Assembly: GCA_963789265.1 (NCBI GenBank)
Contig: CAWBKB010000001.1
Coordinates: 992,001-1,056,000 of the forward strand
From: an uncultured delta proteobacterium
GTDB lineage: Bacteria > Desulfobacterota > Desulfomonilia > Desulfomonilales > Desulfomonilaceae
DNA: 64,000 nucleotides
Direction of reading: 5' to 3'
Shown: piece after piece, positions 52,605-63,635 of the stretch
How positions within the stretch are numbered: the first letter of the stretch is position 1
How the letters are laid out: each line of letters starts with the position of its first letter
Program-made: the position numbers and the translations under genes
The notes under the pieces: generated by a model
Told to the model about the DNA's origin: nothing
Seen by the model: only the letters and a program-made list of their open reading frames with translations
Databases searched by the model: none

Positions 52605-52907
52605 TCAAGGCATCTCCTTGAAGGGGCCCTGATACCGTCCTTTGGCGCTTACTTGAGGATAAGTGAAATATCGCTCGGAGTTGTAGTGCCAGTCGCACCC
52701 CATTCCCTGGCCTGTGGCACGTTCCGCTGCGTCACAGGTCGCATAAGGCCCTGATTCCACTAGCCAGCCGTAATGAGGGGTGCCGTTCGTCACTGCCATT
52801 TCGCCCGCTCGATCTCGAATGACATAGTATTGGCCCGCATAGACTGTTGAAGAGATGACCACAAACGCCACAATAATCGCCGCGACTGAGATCACTAGGT
52901 TTTTCAT
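52605..52907 (-). CDS. Small exported hypothetical protein
   Basis: AAGGAG RBS, signal peptide ending VYA. Confidence 0.65.
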   Translation of the reverse strand: MKNLVISVAAIIVAFVVISSTVYAGQYYVIRDRAGEMAVTNGTPHYGWLVESGPYATCDAAERATGQGMGCDWHYNSERYFTYPQVSAKGRYQGPFKEMP

Positions 52908-54256
52908 ACTTCAAAAATCTCCTTTTTAAACAGTTCTTTATGTTTGGATCATACATGCTTGCGCGAGGTACACTTCCTTCCGACATAAAAAACCGCTTTA
53001 CGGTGACAAGGTTGTTACTCCTTTCTGTTGGTGGAATGTGAACATGAACCGTACCGAGGCCATCCCTTGGAGACATGGGCTCCGCGAAAAAATTCTATAC
53101 CCAGGGATTAATGGGGTCAGTCGTGGAACCGAAAACACGCCCCGGACTCTGTACGGCCTCTCTTAGACCGTTGTTTCTCTCTAAAACGCACTTCCTCTCT
53201 CTCGACCAAGCGCCATAGCGCTCGATGAGGGTATTGTTAAGGGCCCTGCCTCTCGGGTGCATGCTGACCGTGATAGGCTGAGCCTATACGCCGCCGGCAC
53301 ACCTGGTGGAGGTGGACTCGGAACCTTGACTCAGGTTGGATATTTCATACTTGGAGGGCCTAAAATCATGCTGAACGCCTTAAGACGAATTTACACCTAT
53401 ACCTATTCGGATTAATGACACCTGCTAAGTCCGGATGTTCCGAGTGAACCAGTACGGTATCGCCATGATCTAGAAAATGCCATTCTTGATTGGGAATATC
53501 GGTTAATGTCACTCGACCATCTCTGTCACGGTAGATCAAAGGTCAGTCCCTTGAGCAAGTACGGATACCTTTGGTGTCGTGTCTCATTGAAGAGTAATTA
53601 ATACGGAATCCGTGTGAAAATGGCGTGTCCCGGCTTATAAATTAGTTTTGGCCCAAAGTTGGGGGAGTAGATTAGGCAAACCGAGAGTTCCTTATGATGC
53701 ACACAATATACGGAGTTACCGTGTGGAACCAGGTAATGTTTCACGGTCCGATAGACAAGACGGAGGGAGCGGGCGATAAGCACCGGAGGATCGTCCAGGA
53801 CAAGGCTTCGCCGCATGCACTATGTTACGGGCGCTATGTCACGAGCGGGCAGGTGCCTGGTGTCGTTACGCCGATCAGTCGGCGTGGTGAGGTGCATGTC
53901 GACGGGATCGGCATGAAGACCACGGGAGGCTGCGAACCGAGGCGGCGTGAAACGATCTTCCACATCGCCTAGATGACTAAACCGGAATCACTGCTGTGGG
54001 AGCAATGATCCCGGTCAGTTCGCTGAAAGCATCCCAGTCCGGCACTCTGATGGTCATTTTAAAGGCATATCAGCAAATGGGCTGGTAGGGATAAGGCTTT
54101 AGAGATGTATGGCATTTTCCACAGTTGTGGAGGGGCAAATTGGCGCCATCATTATTTCCTCAATAAAGCTCTCAGTCGCTTGAACGCGGTCAGACCGGAC
54201 TAGCGCACAGGTGCAATCCTTAATAATCCAAGCAACGCTGGAACGCATTCTCAGCA

Positions 54257-55684
54257 CTATTTCAAGATGCCCATTCTTCTCTCGAGTATGGCTTGGTTGA
54301 TTCTGTGGCCGATAAGGGATGTGTAGTAGTTCCCCTCAGCCAACGACAACTGCCTCTGGGCGTCCAGTACTTCTATGTACGTGGCCGCCCGGTGTTGATA
54401 CCTTTCCTGGTTGATACGAAAATTTTCCCGGTTGTAGTCCACGGAAGAGCGGTAGTTTGCAACGTCGCTTTCCGCGCGTTTCATGTCCACGTAGGCTGAC
54501 TTGACTTCTTCCATTACTTGTTCAACTAGTTGCTCCCTGGCAACGAAGGCTCGTGCTTCGGTTGCCCGGCGTTCCTTGACGGTTTCCCGCGAACGGAACA
54601 TGTCGAAAGCCCAGGTGAACAGTCCTTGCACTTGCCAGTCATTTACACCTTCCGGGTCGAAAGGGTTCCAGTCGTCATTAATCCGAGTCCCCTGAACCTG
54701 GAGTGAGATTGAAGGCAGCAGGCCGGCTTTGGCGGACTTTATCAATGCAAGTGCCTGGTCCACAGAGATGTTCGTCTGGCGAATTTCAAGCCTGTTTGCC
54801 GCAGCCGTGGCGTAAATCTCGGGGATACGGTACGGGTTCGGACGATAGGCGATATCTTGGACGACTTTGATTGGCGCCTCTTGAGGGTAGCGGAGGAGGA
54901 AACATAGGGTAGCCTTGGCTTGCTCAATATCCGCCAGCGCCTGAGTCTTCTGAACGCGGGCTTGAGCCAACTGTCCTTCTGTGGAGAGGACGTCCACTTT
55001 GGCCACGGTGCCGGCTTTAGAGAATTCGATGGACTGGTTTCGCACGGCTTCCAGAGCACGAATTGCCGAGTCCGCTACTTCGAGTTCCTTTTGACCTTGT
55101 ATTAGCTGGTAATATGCTTCAGTAACGTCAAGAATCAGGTCCTGGCGGTCAACGTCGTACTGAATCGCCTGAAAATCGACACCTAGCTGAGCGTATTTGT
55201 AATCGTTCAACAATTTCCCGCCGGTGAACAGAGCCTGGGTCACAGTCGCGGTGAGCGTGAAGTTTCGGTGCGAGTCTATCCTGTAGGGATGGTGCGGCCA
55301 CAGCCCCTCTCCAGGGATCAGCGGATCTCCTCTTATCGTCCATCGACTGTTTTGCTGCCGCGTCAACTCCTCTACGAATCCCGAGTTCCCATACCTGTCC
55401 GCTGTTGCGTAGTATTGAAGGTCAATGGTAGGAAGGAAGTCTGAGAAAGCCTCACGACGCTGATACTCCCTTTCTCGAACCGCGAGTCGGGAGTCGGCTA
55501 TACGCAGGTTTCTGGCAACAGCTATTGAGATAGCCTCAGGCAAGGTTAACCGCGTGTCTCGATTTCGCGAAGAGTGGCTTGCGCCGGCAGCCTTGGTCAC
55601 GTTCGCCAGTGGAGGTGCCAACACAACGGCCATCCCAATGACCACGGCAAAGAACGCAATCATCGAGGGCTTATACAGATCCAT
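54257..55684 (-). CDS. TolC-family outer membrane efflux protein
   Basis: Signal peptide, LTL.EAI.IA..RN, AYYQL and EVLDAQ motifs. Confidence 0.9.
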   Translation of the reverse strand: MDLYKPSMIAFFAVVIGMAVVLAPPLANVTKAAGASHSSRNRDTRLTLPEAISIAVARNLRIADSRLAVREREYQRREAFSDFLPTIDLQYYATADRYGNSGFVEELTRQQNSRWTIRGDPLIPGEGLWPHHPYRIDSHRNFTLTATVTQALFTGGKLLNDYKYAQLGVDFQAIQYDVDRQDLILDVTEAYYQLIQGQKELEVADSAIRALEAVRNQSIEFSKAGTVAKVDVLSTEGQLAQARVQKTQALADIEQAKATLCFLLRYPQEAPIKVVQDIAYRPNPYRIPEIYATAAANRLEIRQTNISVDQALALIKSAKAGLLPSISLQVQGTRINDDWNPFDPEGVNDWQVQGLFTWAFDMFRSRETVKERRATEARAFVAREQLVEQVMEEVKSAYVDMKRAESDVANYRSSVDYNRENFRINQERYQHRAATYIEVLDAQRQLSLAEGNYYTSLIGHRINQAILERRMGILK

Positions 55685-56188
55685 ACCCCCTTATCCTCTA
55701 AAGCTAAAACTTCAGCCCCACAACAAGCCGGGGAGATACAATAACAAATGACGGCCCGAGATCAGACCATCATCTTAACGAGTACCCTGGCGTCACCCAC
55801 CAAATTCTCGATGGAAACCTTTTCGCTGGGGGCGTGCGCCAAGTGCAAGAGCTTCCCCATACGGCAGCGGGGAGTCCCTCCTGAGAAGGCAGTTTGCAAC
55901 CGTCTGGCCGTCGCGCAAGTCACGATTAGGCCCACATCGGTACCCATCGCGCTGTTCCGGATTGGTCCAGCCCGCCTTAATCCTTATTCATCCGTCGGAA
56001 GTTCTTCATTCCGGCTTTAAGTTGAATCCTACCATATCCCGTGCTCCCACGTCATCCCACCTAACATAATAATAACCTTGAGAGGGAGTGGCTCGTATTG
56101 TTGAGATGAGACCTAAAATGGACGAGAAATCTATGTACGGTGAAAAATCAATACAGCCCGTCCCGCGGCAAACATTAAGGATAGATGG

Positions 56189-56220
56189 GTCGCCCTCCTC
56201 GCGGGGGCGTGGATTGAAAC
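56189..56220 (+). CRISPR. Solitary type I-C-like CRISPR repeat (no array)
   Basis: GTCGCCCTCCTCGCGGGGGCGTGGATTGAAAC, 32 nt, 7-bp stem, ATTGAAAC end. Confidence 0.7.
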
Positions 56221-56348
56221 ATTGATAGCTGTTCGCTACACCATGCCACAAAGGTGAAGAGGGCTTGCAGTCTATCTCTCGCCATCCGTTTCTGTGGAGC
56301 ATCCGATAGACGGTGGAGTGATGGTATACGATCCTGTCGCGATTCTCG

Positions 56349-57357
56349 TCAGAGGCCCCCGTCCAGCGGCAGGATCTCGTAGCTGGTCCTCACTTCTTGC
56401 CTCGCAGCCATCTCGTACTTCTTCAGCCGCTGCTCCATCTCTTTCGTGCACGAACCTCCCGGGCATTCTTGCGACCCCAGTTGAATTGCCTTTTTCTCGT
56501 GATCGATGGCTTTCAATGGATCCCCCTGCCTGAAATATGCTTCCGCCAGCGTCTCATGAACGAGCCCGTCTTTGCCCCCGGTTAGCTTCAGGGCCTTGAT
56601 TGCCAACTCCATAGCTTTGGAACTGTCTTGAAGCCTCTCATCGGGGCAGGTGAGAAGGAACCATGCCCTATCTTGCATGGACCAAGCGTTATTGGGGCTC
56701 AACTTCTCGACCGTCTTGAAGTCTGCCGAGGCGTCTTTGCACCTTCCCATACGGCTGAAGATCCAGGCCCTCAAGCGGTAGCCCTCTACGAAGTCATGCT
56801 TTGCGGCCAATGCCTGGTTTACGTCCTGAAGTGCTTTGTCCTGATCCTTTAGTCTCGAATAGATGTCAGCCCTTTGAGCGTACGCCCAGGAATAGCTCGG
56901 ATCGAGCTTGATCGCCCGGGAAAAAGCTTGCAGCGCTTGTTCGTTCTTCTTTTGCAGTTTGTTTATGATTCCTTTCTGGCCGAAAGCCTGGGCACTAGGT
57001 TTCTTTTTCAGAGCTGCATCGGCGTCTTCACTCGCTTTATCCAGATTTCCCAGGTGTAGATATGCCCTGGATCGGCCGAGGTACGCTGCGGAATTAGCAG
57101 GATTGGATTTCAATGATTTGCCGAAAAGCGGAAACCGCCTGCTCCCAGTGGTGCCCGGCTAAGGCTTTTTTGCCCGCCACAAAGTCAGGGTCGGCGATTC
57201 CCCTGAACAATTCTCCCCACGGGACGACATAGATTGTTGCAATAATTACTACCGCTATAATCGAGAAGCCCATAAGGCTGTACAAGGTCCAGCCTCGTTC
57301 GTTCCGGAAACTGTTTGCGGCGTTCGAAACGGCCCTGCAACTCTTCATCTGGATCAC
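56349..57357 (-). CDS. Membrane-anchored TPR protein, 1-nt frameshift near 57125
   Basis: TM segment then TPR repeats; removing one T of GCTTTTCGG gives AFGKSLKSNP. Confidence 0.8.
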
Positions 57358-57493
57358 CTCTTAACGCATTGGGAATGCCTCATTTGGAGACTTTGCATTG
57401 TACCACCACGGAAGCGGCTGTTGACTCCATGAGTCGAATGGCCGATTATACTTTTCCGCTGACAGAAATCAACGAAGTCGTGTAGGGGACAGT

Positions 57494-57688
57494 AATCATT
57501 CACTTACGAGCGGTAAAGGATTGTCATTGCGAGCGAAGCGAAGCAATCTCTTCCTTTAAACGCCACTTAGATTGCCAGTGGGACGGGCATCCTGCCCGTC
57601 GTCCATAATAGACAGGCAGGATGCCTGTCCCACTATTTGCTCCTCGCAATGACAAGGTGCAGAAGATCCCCCGCATAAGTGAATGGTT
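57494..57688. mobile_element. MITE with nested REPs, empty-site relative of 28924-29293
   Basis: Ends AATCATTCACTTACG / CATAAGTGAATGGTT. Confidence 0.7.
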
Positions 57689-57737
57689 TCAGGGGACATC
57701 GAGTCCCGTCATCTTGAGAAAGGGAGGGCTCTGATCT

Positions 57738-58367
57738 GTGGCCGGCCCGACCGTGCCTCCGGTAAAAGTCATTTTGTTTGACTTCGGAGGAGTAATCGCT
57801 GAAGAAGGATTCCGAGAGGGTTTGATGGCGATTGCCCTATTAAATGGCTTATCGCCGGAGACTTTCTTCAAAATTGCCTCGTCGACTGTATATGATTCGG
57901 GCTATGTCGTGGGAAAAGCGGATGAGAGTTCATACTGGAGTTTGATAAGGGAGCGTACCGGAATTACGCAATCGGACACTGAGTTGCGGAGGGAAATCCT
58001 GAGGCGATTTCAGTTGCGCCCCTGGATGTTGGAAATAGTTCGAGAGCTCCGGAAGAAAGGTCATGTTGTCGGGATCCTCAGCGACCAGACACAGTGGCTT
58101 GACGAACTCGACTGCCGCGACCGGTTTTTCTCCGAGTTTGACGTGGTCTTCAACTCCTATCACCTTGGTATGGGGAAGAAAGATCCGGTCGTATTTGTCA
58201 AGGTGGCGGAAAAGCTCGGAGTCCAGCCATCAGAGATCCTCTTCATCGACGACAATAATGGGAATATCGAGAGGGCGCGATCTGTCGGCCTCAGCACAAT
58301 ACTATATCGTGACAGAGTCTCGTTCGTGAATGAAATTGAACAATCAGGCATCCTGAATGGACGATAA
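57738..58367 (+). CDS. HAD-family phosphatase
   Basis: FDFGGV, LSD, K.DP and FIDD motifs. Confidence 0.9.
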   Translation: MAGPTVPPVKVILFDFGGVIAEEGFREGLMAIALLNGLSPETFFKIASSTVYDSGYVVGKADESSYWSLIRERTGITQSDTELRREILRRFQLRPWMLEIVRELRKKGHVVGILSDQTQWLDELDCRDRFFSEFDVVFNSYHLGMGKKDPVVFVKVAEKLGVQPSEILFIDDNNGNIERARSVGLSTILYRDRVSFVNEIEQSGILNGR

Positions 58368-58432
58368 AGCAGGCTTGTAAATTTCAATTACGTAAGCATA
58401 ACCCCAGCGCCGAGAACCGAGTAGCAGCCCGT

Positions 58433-58600
58433 TTATTACAGGTTTTCATAAATACGGTCGCGGATTTTCACCGTGGAGATTGCTTCGTCGTTTCACTCCT
58501 CGCAATGACATTCCCACTCCCTGTCATTGCGAGCGCAGCGAAGCAATCTTCTTCCGTACCGGTGCTTAACGTTACCGTATTTGCGAAAAAGAGCAATTAG
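58433..58600. mobile_element. Inverted copy of the 23922-24090 MITE
   Basis: Collinear reverse-complement similarity. Confidence 0.7.
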
Positions 58601-59592
58601 CTCATCTCATAACCGGCCTGTCTCAACATCCTGAGATCATCCTCTGCCGCGCGGCCGCCGGTGGTCAGATATCCCCCAATTATCATGCCATTGGCCCCCG
58701 ATCTCAGTGCCATAGCCTGGAAATCGCACAAGTTGCCTTCACGTCCTCCGGCTATTTTGATTGTCGCTGCCGGGAGTATCAACCGGAATATCGCGACGGT
58801 CTTCAGGATCTCCAGGGGTTCGAGAGGCTCTGCGTCCTGAAGCGGCGTGCCGGGTCTGGGGATAAGGATGTTGATGGGAACGCAATCCACGCCAAGCTCC
58901 GCAAGTGTGAATGCCAGATCCAGTCTCTGAGCGGGTATCTCGCCCATCCCGATGATACCGCCGCTGCATGCGGACAAGCCCTTGCCGAGAACCGTTCGTA
59001 TCGTCGCCACTCTTTGGTCGAACGTGTGTGTGGTGCAAATTGTAGGATAATAGTCGCTCGAAGTTTCAAGATTGTGATTGTAGCGGGTTACTCCCGCGGC
59101 TTCCAGTCGAGAAGCCCTTTTGTCATCGAGGAAGCCCAATGAGGCGTCAAGGGCAATATCCACCTTGGATTTCACCCGGTCGAGACTTTCGAGAAGCGCG
59201 TCAAATTCCATGTCAGATAATGCCCCGCCACTCGTCACCGTGCAGAAACGTGCCGCGCCCATCTCCCGAGCGGCACGAGCGGCTGAGAGGATTTCGTCTG
59301 TAGAGCGGAGCCCGTAGGTTTCGCATTCGGTAGCGTGATGCGCCGATTGAGCGCAGAATGAGCAGTCTTCTCCGCATCGTCCGGAGCGGGCGTTGATAAG
59401 CGAGCACGAGTCGAACTTCCGCCCGCGAAAATTGATCCTGATCCGGTCCGCAACTGCCAACAGCCGCAACAAATACTCATCAGGCGTAGTGAGGAGGAAT
59501 TCTGCTTCCGATCGCAAGATATTTTGTCCTGCCAGGATCCTTTCCTCCACCGAATTGATAAGATTTGAATAAGAGATGTTTTGCAAATTCAT
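58597..59592 (-). CDS. bioB: Biotin synthase
   Basis: CGEDCSFC radical-SAM motif, YNHNLET, CSGGI.GMGE, VPIN. Confidence 0.96.
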   Translation of the reverse strand: MNLQNISYSNLINSVEERILAGQNILRSEAEFLLTTPDEYLLRLLAVADRIRINFRGRKFDSCSLINARSGRCGEDCSFCAQSAHHATECETYGLRSTDEILSAARAAREMGAARFCTVTSGGALSDMEFDALLESLDRVKSKVDIALDASLGFLDDKRASRLEAAGVTRYNHNLETSSDYYPTICTTHTFDQRVATIRTVLGKGLSACSGGIIGMGEIPAQRLDLAFTLAELGVDCVPINILIPRPGTPLQDAEPLEPLEILKTVAIFRLILPAATIKIAGGREGNLCDFQAMALRSGANGMIIGGYLTTGGRAAEDDLRMLRQAGYEMS

Positions 59593-59878
59593 AGGGGACC
59601 TCCGCCGAAAACTTCTTATACACTTGCAAAGGCGCGAAATCTAGTGGCATTGATGTTCTTGCGCCTAAATCCAGCCCGGCCGGGGCACTTGTAGTCAATG
59701 GGTGTGCGACCATCAGACTTCAGCGATCTCCGGCTCTCCCTTTTAAATTTGGGAACAAATTTTCAAGTCGGTTGACAATAATCCGATGAGTGGTTATCTA
59801 AAACCTAAGGCATCGCAGAAGGAGAAGTGCGCGAATCAGACCAGGTTAAATTCTGGAACGATTCTGGAGAATAAGGCA

Positions 59879-60733
59879 ATGAACTATCCGGTTGTATCAA
59901 ACCAACTTGACCATTTTCTGACCCAAGTCAGATCAATCAAGCCTTTGACCGCGGAACGCGAACACGAGCTTGCGGTAAAATACCAAGAAACAGGCGACGT
60001 AGAGGCCGCGCACGAGTTGGTCGTTTCACACCTGCCATTTGTCGTCAAAGTTGCATTTCAATACCGACACTATGCGATTCCCGTGCCGGATCTAATCCAG
60101 GAAGGCACCATCGGGCTTATGAAAGCGGTCAAGAGATTCGACCCTCAAAGGGGATTCCGGCTGGTCTCTTTTGCCGTCTGGTGGATAAAGGCGTACATCA
60201 AGAACTACATCCTGAAGTCGTGGAACTTAGTGAAGCTGGGGACCACGCAGGCCCAAAGAAAGCTCTTTTTCCGCATGGGTGAAATTGGGGAACACCTTGA
60301 CGACGAATCCCGAATGGAACGCATTGACAAACTTGCCCGCGATCTAAGGGTAAAGACTGATGATGTGATTGAGATGGAAGCTCGCGTCAGGGCTCGTGAA
60401 TGGTCTTTGAACGAGACGGTCGGGGAAGACAAAAACCTATCGGCCATGGAAATGCTGGAAGACGGCTCGGCAGATCAGGAAACACAGATGATCGAACGGG
60501 AAACGGAACAACAGCTTTCCCGAGTGACAAAAAAGGCCCTGAAGAAGCTCGACGCGCGCGAGCGCTTTATTATCATAAAGAGATTTATGGACGACTCGCC
60601 GTGGACCCTCCAAAAGCTGGGCGACCACTTTGGAACGAGTCGTGAACGGATCCGCCAACTGGAGAAACGGGCCCTCACCAAGTTGAAGAACGAATTTTCA
60701 CCGCAAATGGAGGCTCTGTCGGCTCCCGCCTAG
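59879..60733 (+). CDS. rpoH: RNA polymerase sigma-32 factor
   Basis: DLIQEG, FAVWWI and QRKLFF RpoH box. Confidence 0.92.
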   Translation: MNYPVVSNQLDHFLTQVRSIKPLTAEREHELAVKYQETGDVEAAHELVVSHLPFVVKVAFQYRHYAIPVPDLIQEGTIGLMKAVKRFDPQRGFRLVSFAVWWIKAYIKNYILKSWNLVKLGTTQAQRKLFFRMGEIGEHLDDESRMERIDKLARDLRVKTDDVIEMEARVRAREWSLNETVGEDKNLSAMEMLEDGSADQETQMIERETEQQLSRVTKKALKKLDARERFIIIKRFMDDSPWTLQKLGDHFGTSRERIRQLEKRALTKLKNEFSPQMEALSAPA

Positions 60734-61103
60734 AAGCCTTCTCGTTCTCCTGTGGCTGAATCGCCGAGTGTTTCAAATGGCGCCACAGTTCCTAGTGTAA
60801 TCTGTTCTCTCAGTGGGCGCCGACACGGCATGTGAGTCCCGAAGTTTTGGGGTTGCGTGGCATTCCGATGCCTGAATTCGGTCTCGTGCCTTGCACGTCA
60901 TTCCGAGGCGTGCGGGAATCAGGTGGGGCGGGCCATGACCGCCGCTTTGCGTCGGGCATGGCCCGCCCTTGCGGATCGTAGTCGGAATGACATCGTTGGA
61001 TAGGACTGCAAGCGCACACAACGCTGCCCCAAAGCAAGACAGCGTTTGAGGAAATCGACTATTTAGCCAAGTTCCTTTACACTAGGAGTTGAGAGGAGGA
61101 TTC

Positions 61104-61487
61104 ATGTCAACCATTCTTCACGTGGAAGATGAAAGTTCGGTCCGTTTTCTTTACAAGGAAGTGTTCGAAGAACTCGGATACGAAGTCCTTCAAGCTTCCA
61201 CGGGAGAAGATGCCTTGCGTATGCTTCGGGGAAAGCGCCCCGACATTATCATCCTCGATCTCAAAATGCCCGGCATGGGCGGCCGAGGATTTCTAGAGAA
61301 ATTCCATCGGCTCAAGCTGCAGATTCCGGTCGTGATCAGCACTGCCTATCCGTACTTTCGCAGCGATTCGGCCGATCTTAAGGCCGACGCCTACGTTGTC
61401 AAATCGGGTGACATGGGCGACCTGGTCGATAAGGTCCAAGGGCTTGTCGCGAAGTCCGGACGCGTGCCTGCAATGCGCAATCAATGA
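61104..61487 (+). CDS. Single-domain response regulator
   Basis: ILHVEDE, LDLKMP; GAGGAGG RBS. Confidence 0.9.
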   Translation: MSTILHVEDESSVRFLYKEVFEELGYEVLQASTGEDALRMLRGKRPDIIILDLKMPGMGGRGFLEKFHRLKLQIPVVISTAYPYFRSDSADLKADAYVVKSGDMGDLVDKVQGLVAKSGRVPAMRNQ

Positions 61488-61586
61488 TCTCTGTACGATC
61501 GGTCTAAAGTCGTTGCGAAGACTAATGTCCACTCGGCAAAACCAGCCGGAGAACCCGGGAAGGTCCTGGTGTCGGGGCTAGTGGCT

Positions 61587-61686
61587 CGTCATTCCGGCCA
61601 ACCCCGGACGCCCGTCCGGGGCAGGAGCCGGAATCCAGTTCCGTGGCTTCGCGGGATGGACCCCGGATCGAGTCCGGGGTGACGGT
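61587..61686. repeat. CGTC-type REP pair
   Basis: CGTCATTCCGGC..GCCGGAATCCAG..TGGACCCCGGATCGAGTCCGGGGTGACG. Confidence 0.7.
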
Positions 61687-61785
61687 CTCATTACTGCGAT
61701 TCAGGTAAATATTTGTGCAATGAGTATAAGAAACAATAACTCCTTGCTCCCCTCTCTTCCTGACAATTATACCTTAACTTATCAG

Positions 61786-62307
61786 CTACCTCGGAAGACA
61801 ATTAGTTTGTCTCAACGCTTCATAAACGATGATCCCCGCAGCAGTTGACAAATTGAGGCTGCGAACCTTGTCCAAATAAATGGGTATCTTGGCCGCGCGG
61901 TTCGGGAAACGTTGAAAAAGCTCCAGAGGAAGCCCCGTTGTTTCCGGACCGAATAGGATGTGATCGCCGAGTTCAAATTTGAGGTCGTGATACAATTTCC
62001 CGCGCTTGCTGCTGGTCAGAACAATCTTTTCCGCCGGAACTGAAGAGATATACTGTTCCAGATCCTCCCATACTACTAGATCGACTTTTTCCCAGTAATC
62101 CAGCCCCGCACGTTTGAGCGATCGGTCATCCAGCAAGAATCCCAGAGGCTTGACCAAATGTAACGTCGCTCCGACGGCGCAACACAGCCGTCCGATGTTG
62201 CCGGTATTCGGGGGGATCTCCGGATGTACAAGAACAACGTTCAATATCTTGCCCGGAGAGTAAGGGAAGGGCTTCCTTGTCAAAGGTCTACTCTCCCTAT
62301 TCGTCAC
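61786..62307 (-). CDS. trmL: tRNA (cytidine/uridine-34-2'-O) methyltransferase
   Basis: PEIPPNTGNI, RAGLDYW, FGPET and RSLNLS motifs. Confidence 0.93.
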   Translation of the reverse strand: MTNRESRPLTRKPFPYSPGKILNVVLVHPEIPPNTGNIGRLCCAVGATLHLVKPLGFLLDDRSLKRAGLDYWEKVDLVVWEDLEQYISSVPAEKIVLTSSKRGKLYHDLKFELGDHILFGPETTGLPLELFQRFPNRAAKIPIYLDKVRSLNLSTAAGIIVYEALRQTNCLPR

Positions 62308-63635
62308 AAGGTGACCCGTCCTAACGCGGCAGTCACCAGACCTGCCACATCCGTGATTTTCGGGCGAGGAAGCGCTTCCGACAGGGAAGGGGAGTTGACG
62401 ATCAGAAAGGCATCATCATGCGTGTGCATCCCGGTGAAAATGTCTTTCTTCGTGAATGCGGCCACATTGATCGTAGCTTTCAAATCGTAGCCCGGTCGGG
62501 GCATTATCACTAGGTCAGGTGCAAAGTGCGAGCAGTCGCCGTGGTAAACCTCTTCCTTTGTCTTTACCTCTGCGAAGAGTGCCTCGTCTGGGTTGGGGCC
62601 GGTTTCTTCGATTTGCTCGATTCCCACATCGGCAAGTCGCAGGTTCTCCAGCGCGGCCTTTAATCTGGCACGAACCTCATCTGCTTCGCTCATTCCCAGT
62701 CGTCCTTTGTGGAATCGTTCTTTACTGTTGAGGTATATGCGGTTCGGATCCATCGCGAATGCTAAAGACGAGCTGTCGATATCTTCGGGGGATTGTGGGG
62801 CCGGCCTGCTGAAAGAAAGGTAGCCCAAGCTTTTCAGTATACTATTCAAGTAGACCTGAGTCTTAACACGCGTGAATCCATGATCGGAAAGCACGATAAG
62901 CCGCGAGACCTTCCCAAGCGCGTCGAGCAAGCGGCCGATACAGATATCCACTCGCCTGTAATAATCCAGAAAATCTCGGTGATGGGGATGTGCCTCGTCT
63001 GCATAAGCATCGAAAAAGAAATGATGGAGCCGATCTGTCCCTGTAACCACGCCAATGAATAGATCCCACGGCTGAGTTTTCAGCAAAGTGATCATAATCT
63101 CTTCATGGAGGTTCAGGGTGTCGAAAAGATCACTTATCAGAAAGGACCGGTCCTCTCGGCCTCTCACTGCATCGACGTCCGTACGGTATCTCTTGGATTT
63201 GAGCCACGGAATCAATGACTCAGGATAGACCGACCGCTCCAGGATCGGCGCAACAAATCCGGAAATAAGCATGCCTTTCAAAGGACGGGCCGGATAGGTG
63301 AACGGCAGGTTCACCACTATCGAGGTCTGTGATGCGTCAGTCTGCCAGATCGCAGGGCATCGGATATCATCATAAGAGGGAAGGCGAAGGGAGATTTCAT
63401 TCGGCTTCAAGTCCGTGAATCCGAATATCCCATGCTCACCCGGATTACACCCGGTCATGAAGGAAGCCCAGGCAACCGAAGAGACCGCGGGGAGCACGCT
63501 TTCCATCTGTAAGAAAGAACCGGCTGCCGCGACTTCAGCCAGACGGGGCATCAAGTCGGCTTCAAAGAGGTCATTCAACAGAGAGAACGGCACTCCATCC
63601 AGGCCGATGACAGCTACCTTGCCAGCGTGGCTCAT
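62304..63635 (-). CDS. Alkaline-phosphatase-superfamily (nucleotide pyrophosphatase/phosphodiesterase) protein
   Basis: IGLDG, SSVAW.SF.TG, SDHGF and TGMH motifs. Confidence 0.88.
   Translation of the reverse strand: MSHAGKVAVIGLDGVPFSLLNDLFEADLMPRLAEVAAAGSFLQMESVLPAVSSVAWASFMTGCNPGEHGIFGFTDLKPNEISLRLPSYDDIRCPAIWQTDASQTSIVVNLPFTYPARPLKGMLISGFVAPILERSVYPESLIPWLKSKRYRTDVDAVRGREDRSFLISDLFDTLNLHEEIMITLLKTQPWDLFIGVVTGTDRLHHFFFDAYADEAHPHHRDFLDYYRRVDICIGRLLDALGKVSRLIVLSDHGFTRVKTQVYLNSILKSLGYLSFSRPAPQSPEDIDSSSLAFAMDPNRIYLNSKERFHKGRLGMSEADEVRARLKAALENLRLADVGIEQIEETGPNPDEALFAEVKTKEEVYHGDCSHFAPDLVIMPRPGYDLKATINVAAFTKKDIFTGMHTHDDAFLIVNSPSLSEALPRPKITDVAGLVTAALGRVTL

Noticed and set aside
53304..53326. 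TGGTGGAGGTGG resembling a tmRNA/tRNA 3'-end att remnant
   Set aside because: Only ~12 nt match, T-arm not well formed, no integrase
59760..59800. BirA operator upstream of bioB
   Set aside because: Only one half-site-like GGTTGACAA; more plausibly the -35 of an rpoH promoter
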